Shown here: positions 60,076 to 64,000 of the stretch, piece by piece
How positions within the stretch are numbered: the stretch's first letter is position 1
How the letters are laid out: each line of letters opens with the position of its first letter
NCBI RefSeq assembly: GCF_011745625.1
Contig: NW_027191498.1
Coordinates: forward strand, 1 to 64,000
Source: Cladosporium halotolerans
Lineage: Eukaryota
Direction of reading: 5' to 3'
Length of the DNA stretch: 64,000 bases
Notes under the pieces: generated by a model
Seen by the model: only the letters and a program-made list of their open reading frames with translations
Databases searched by the model: none
What the model was told of the DNA's origin: nothing
Position numbers and translations under genes: made by a program

Positions 60076-61821
60076 TCACCCTTCCTTTTCATTTGCGACC
60101 GCATATCCTCTCGCAACGCCCGCCCTGCCCTCTTCCATGGCAGCACCTCTGATCTTCCCGTTCTCGTCTCTCTCATACTCGACGGTATAATCGCTTCCAA
60201 GACCCTGCCATGTCCTCTTCGAGCGCAAGTACTCGGCGCCAGGCGAGAGTGCACCGTTGATAGAAGCAATGTCACCCTTCGCACGCTGGACAAGCGAGGA
60301 AGACGGTTTCGGCGCAGCAGCAGGCTGACTTGCAGCGGTAGATTCAGTTGCTGGTTTCGAGGTCTTCTTCGCCCGGCCCATCGGTCGAGAGTGAGAGACG
60401 TATTTGCCCGTGCGAAGGTCAAACTCGGGCGGCTCGTCGTCCGAAGATGCATCCGCGTAAGGGTCGTCGCCCTCCTTTTCAGCTTGAGCTTCGCCTTCGA
60501 TGGCTGCCGATCCATCTCCGTCGACTTCGATCTTCTTTTTCGTATCACGCGCGAGCAGTGCGCCAAAATCACTGACCCATTCGCCACCCCAGACTCTCTC
60601 CTTGTCATCCGTCATTGCCATCTCGAGCTCGAAAGGCGTAACGATCGGGCGGTAAAAATCGGAGCTCTCGATGAGACTGCTCTCCCAGCAGCCAATGACA
60701 ACCCATCCCTCGACTTCAGAGAAGTTCGCGATCTTCGCTGCGTTCAGCTTACCAACGACAAAGGTATAGGATTTCTTTCCAGCAGCGGCAATAATATCCT
60801 GGCAGTGCTGCAATGCGGTCATGTAGTTCTTGACGCTGAGCGTGTTGATCAAGATGCCAATGATGGGAGCCGTGGCGACTTTGGTCAGCAGAGCATAGCG
60901 TCGGCGAAGTGCGGCAGACGTATTTGTCTGAAGAGCTCTGGCAGATGCGGCGTTGCCCGTGGGAAAGATGTGCACGCGCGAGACGCGGGAAGAGAGGGTG
61001 AGGAGGAGACTGCTCGGGGGGTCGGAGATGTGGAAGACGGAGAAATCCTTGAGTGCTTCTGGATTCGATTGGACCTCTTCCGGGACTGTCCTGTTGGGCA
61101 GTGGGCTTGAAGGATTGTGGAGGATGCTCGTCTCGAAAACATTGGCGTACCCCTCGTCTTTCAGCTTGCGCTGAAGCTCCGAGACGTGGTGCTGGAAGGG
61201 TATGTCGGCCATCAATACGACCTTCTCTTCAAGGTCTGGGTATGTCGTCTTGAAAGTCGAAACAGCAACGTCCAGATCAAGAGGCTTCGTAGTGAAGACG
61301 TAGATTACTGGTAGTCTAGCAGTAGGGCTTAGACACGATCGGCCGTAATGCACCACGACCTCAGCACTGCAATGCTCAGCTGCTACTTCGTCCACGCAGC
61401 AAGCTCCGTACGAAGTGTCTCCCAAAATCGTCATGTGCTCTTCCTCATTTTCTCGCGATACTTCGCCCTGCCGAGCGACATCAACCTCTTGCTCTTCCTC
61501 TATCCCAACCTTCGCGACGCTTGCAGTGACTCCCTCGACAGTCGCATCCTTGTTCGCAGCCTCCGTCTTCTTCTTCTCCTTCTTAAGATCTTTCTTCAGA
61601 TTCTCAGCAACCCTCGGCGCATCCACTAGCATATCATCCGGGAACTGCAGAGCAATCCTCTTCCACTTTCCTCCTCTAATCTCTTCGACGGTCCTGCGTA
61701 TTTCATATTGGACGTAGAGCTGCTCGTCGGAAAGCGTGCTGCCGGCTTCGGTGACTGCGACGGGCGCTTCGAAGATATGCTCTGCGGGCGTCGAGAGGAC
61801 CGGAGCTCCAGAGGCCTCCAT
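60076..61821 (-). CDS. DPH2: Diphthamide biosynthesis protein 2
   Basis: IALQFPD, DTSYGACCVDEVAAEH, HYGRSCLSP, GKLNAAKIANF, RTWQGLG, GRAGVARGY. Confidence 0.95.
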   Translation of the reverse strand: MEASGAPVLSTPAEHIFEAPVAVTEAGSTLSDEQLYVQYEIRRTVEEIRGGKWKRIALQFPDDMLVDAPRVAENLKKDLKKEKKKTEAANKDATVEGVTASVAKVGIEEEQEVDVARQGEVSRENEEEHMTILGDTSYGACCVDEVAAEHCSAEVVVHYGRSCLSPTARLPVIYVFTTKPLDLDVAVSTFKTTYPDLEEKVVLMADIPFQHHVSELQRKLKDEGYANVFETSILHNPSSPLPNRTVPEEVQSNPEALKDFSVFHISDPPSSLLLTLSSRVSRVHIFPTGNAASARALQTNTSAALRRRYALLTKVATAPIIGILINTLSVKNYMTALQHCQDIIAAAGKKSYTFVVGKLNAAKIANFSEVEGWVVIGCWESSLIESSDFYRPIVTPFELEMAMTDDKERVWGGEWVSDFGALLARDTKKKIEVDGDGSAAIEGEAQAEKEGDDPYADASSDDEPPEFDLRTGKYVSHSRPMGRAKKTSKPATESTAASQPAAAPKPSSSLVQRAKGDIASINGALSPGAEYLRSKRTWQGLGSDYTVEYERDENGKIRGAAMEEGRAGVARGYAVANEKEG

Positions 61822-62128
61822 TTTGTCAGAAAAATTGTAGGTATTTTGTTTGTCACTCGGGTCGGATTTGGTCAGCCTTTTTTCGGCGTTCGACGACGCG
61901 GGGACTTTTTGGCGGGGCTGATGATTCGAATCGGTGAAATCTCGGGCACGTCCCACGGTATAGACAGATTGTCGTTGGGTGCATCCTAAGCGGCCGATAC
62001 ACGAGTTATCACTAATACTACTAGGTGGGCACTGGAAATCAATTTTTGAGGCACTGGCAATTGGTGGACGGGATATTGAGTGTTCTCTTTCTCACTTCGA
62101 GATGCAAATAAATTCATTTACATTCAAC

Positions 62129-63585
62129 CTAAGAAGTGGCAGCACCGTTCGTAGCAGTAGGCATAGGGACCTTGCCACCGGGCGAGTCGGCTAGCCTTGC
62201 GGTAAGAACCTCGACACCGTCCTCTGTCACGAGAAGAGTGTGCTCAAACTGTGCAGTCCTGCTGCCATCGGTCGTCACACTGGTCCAGTCATCCGGCCAG
62301 GTCCTATCCTTGTGCGTGCCGAGAGTAATCATGGGCTCGATTGTGAAGCACATCCCGGGCTTTGCCTCGCCGACAGCCTTGTTCTTGGCGTAATGCGGCA
62401 CGTTGGGCGCGCAGTGGAAGAGTTGGTTGATACCGTGGCCGCAGTAGGTCTTCACGACGCCGCAGTTGGCGGCCTTTGCAACCTTCTCGATGGTGTTGCC
62501 GTAGTCTCTGAAGAGCGCTCCGGGCTTGACGAGCTTGATCGATTCCTCGAGACAGTCGCGAGCGGTCTCGACTACGCGCACGCTGTCGGGGTCCTGGTCT
62601 GCCTTGCCGATGTAGTAGGTTTCGTTCAGATCGCCGTGAAAGCCTCCGTGGTAGAGAGTAACATCGATGTTGAGGATGTCGCCGTCCTGTAGGGGGCGCT
62701 GGTCGGGAATGCCGTGGCAGATGACCTCGTTGGGTGATGTGCAGACTGACTTGGGGAAATGACAGTAGTTGAGCGGAGACGGGTACGACTGCAGCAGGTT
62801 AGCATAACCAGCTCCAGGACGCAATGTCGCAGATTCAGGCTTACGTTTCTCTCCATGCAAGCATCGTGGACGACCTTGTCGATGTGGTCGGTGGTGACAC
62901 CCGGCTTGGCCTCACGTGCCGCAATGTCCAACACCTCGCGTGCAAGTCTGCAAACCTTACGCATGCCATCCTGCTCCTGTTTTGTAAGGATCTTGATCCT
63001 GTTTCTTCCAACGAACACCTGAGGTACCGTTAGCTGCCACTATCCGACAAATAGCTCGGCTACTTTCCACCCACCTGCTCGCTCTTAGGGATACCGTGGG
63101 ATGCGTAGTCGGGAAGCCTGATCGAATCGGGAACCTTTCGCCTTGGGCTGAGCGGGTATGAAGGTCTCAGAGAGCCGCTGAAGTTGTAGGTCGGGAAGGG
63201 ATTGAAGTGGCCTGCGGCGTCTGGTAAGGATACGACGCTCGGTGTAATGATGTTGGAGAGCATACTATTTTGCGATTTGTGCAGTTGCTTATGTGTCGAC
63301 TATACCAGTATTAGCCCATGCTCTTCAGTATGCGCCTGGTCTTGCGCCTAGCACCTCCAGCACGCTCGACCAGGCTCTCTCTCTCCTGTGCCCTCCTCTT
63401 TGCGCGAGAGCACAACACTAACCTACCCAGTTCCTCTTGAAGCACTCCTGACCGCAGAAGTACGACTCCTTGCCCAGCTTTTGGCAGGTCGGGCACTGTA
63501 GAGCGCCAGCATCGTTTCCGCAGTCCTCGCCCTCGCACTTGCGTGCCTGCTGGACTGTCACCTCTTTCGCAGGTGCTTGGTCCAT
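62129..63585 (-). CDS. MAP1: Methionine aminopeptidase 1 with N-terminal zinc finger; at least 3 introns
   Basis: [62 protein letters not shown]. Confidence 0.96.
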
Positions 63586-64000
63586 GATCGACGGTTTTAT
63601 ATTCGAGTTGTGTGATGGCAGTCTTCGATTGTTTCAAACCTCCTTTTCTGAAGGTCGTTCCGGAGTCCGTAGTTGGGAAATCGTGCTGTCTACGGGCCCG
63701 GCCGAGAAATCGATTTATTGCTTACAGTTCGGCACGCCCTGCAGACAGATGCGGCACAGAGCCCGCAGCTGTGGCGTCGGGTCGGCGCGCGGCAGTGGCT
63801 GAAGCTGGAAAGCGCATGCGCGCCGTCACATGCAGATCGTCGGAACGACCAGTCGAGACGACAGGAAATCGTGAAGCTGTTGACATCCGCAACCACAAAC
63901 CCAATCACGATCGCACCATGTCAATTCTCGTATGGCCACCCGTAAGCGACGCAGACCTCTCTAAAGAAATCGAATCTACATCAGCACGGGAATTAGAATG

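Overview
Gene-dense, intron-containing eukaryotic DNA from a filamentous ascomycete (Pezizomycotina; Dothideomycete-like by overall impression, not verified). It has GT..AG introns with CTRAC branch points and about 30 protein-coding genes, mostly housekeeping: GAPDH, DBP3, SFC1, ARL1, MAP1, MAP2, AHA1, TatD, Serinc/TMS1, DPH2, a UBX protein, asparaginase and several reductases. I see no intact transposon, rRNA, tRNA or CRISPR array. Most long antisense ORFs in the track are codon-bias shadows. Signals the ORF track misses: (1) a tandem pair of ~106-nt hairpins with compensatory base changes (12440-12675) just downstream of a gene encoding a deviant Zn2Cys6 plus CCCH-like finger protein; (2) two intronic box C/D snoRNAs with rRNA-complementary guides, one in an apparently non-coding host divergent from ARL1 and one in a 5'-UTR intron of AHA1; (3) a spliced gene made of a Tc1/IS630-type DNA-binding head with no DDE domain, possibly a domesticated transposase; (4) a divergent class II aldolase / D-erythronate-dehydrogenase-like pair; (5) a 3-hydroxyacyl-CoA-dehydrogenase/beta-propeller fusion with an 8-nt micro-exon at the catalytic His. 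Exon boundaries were read by eye and family calls come from motif recognition; no searches were run.
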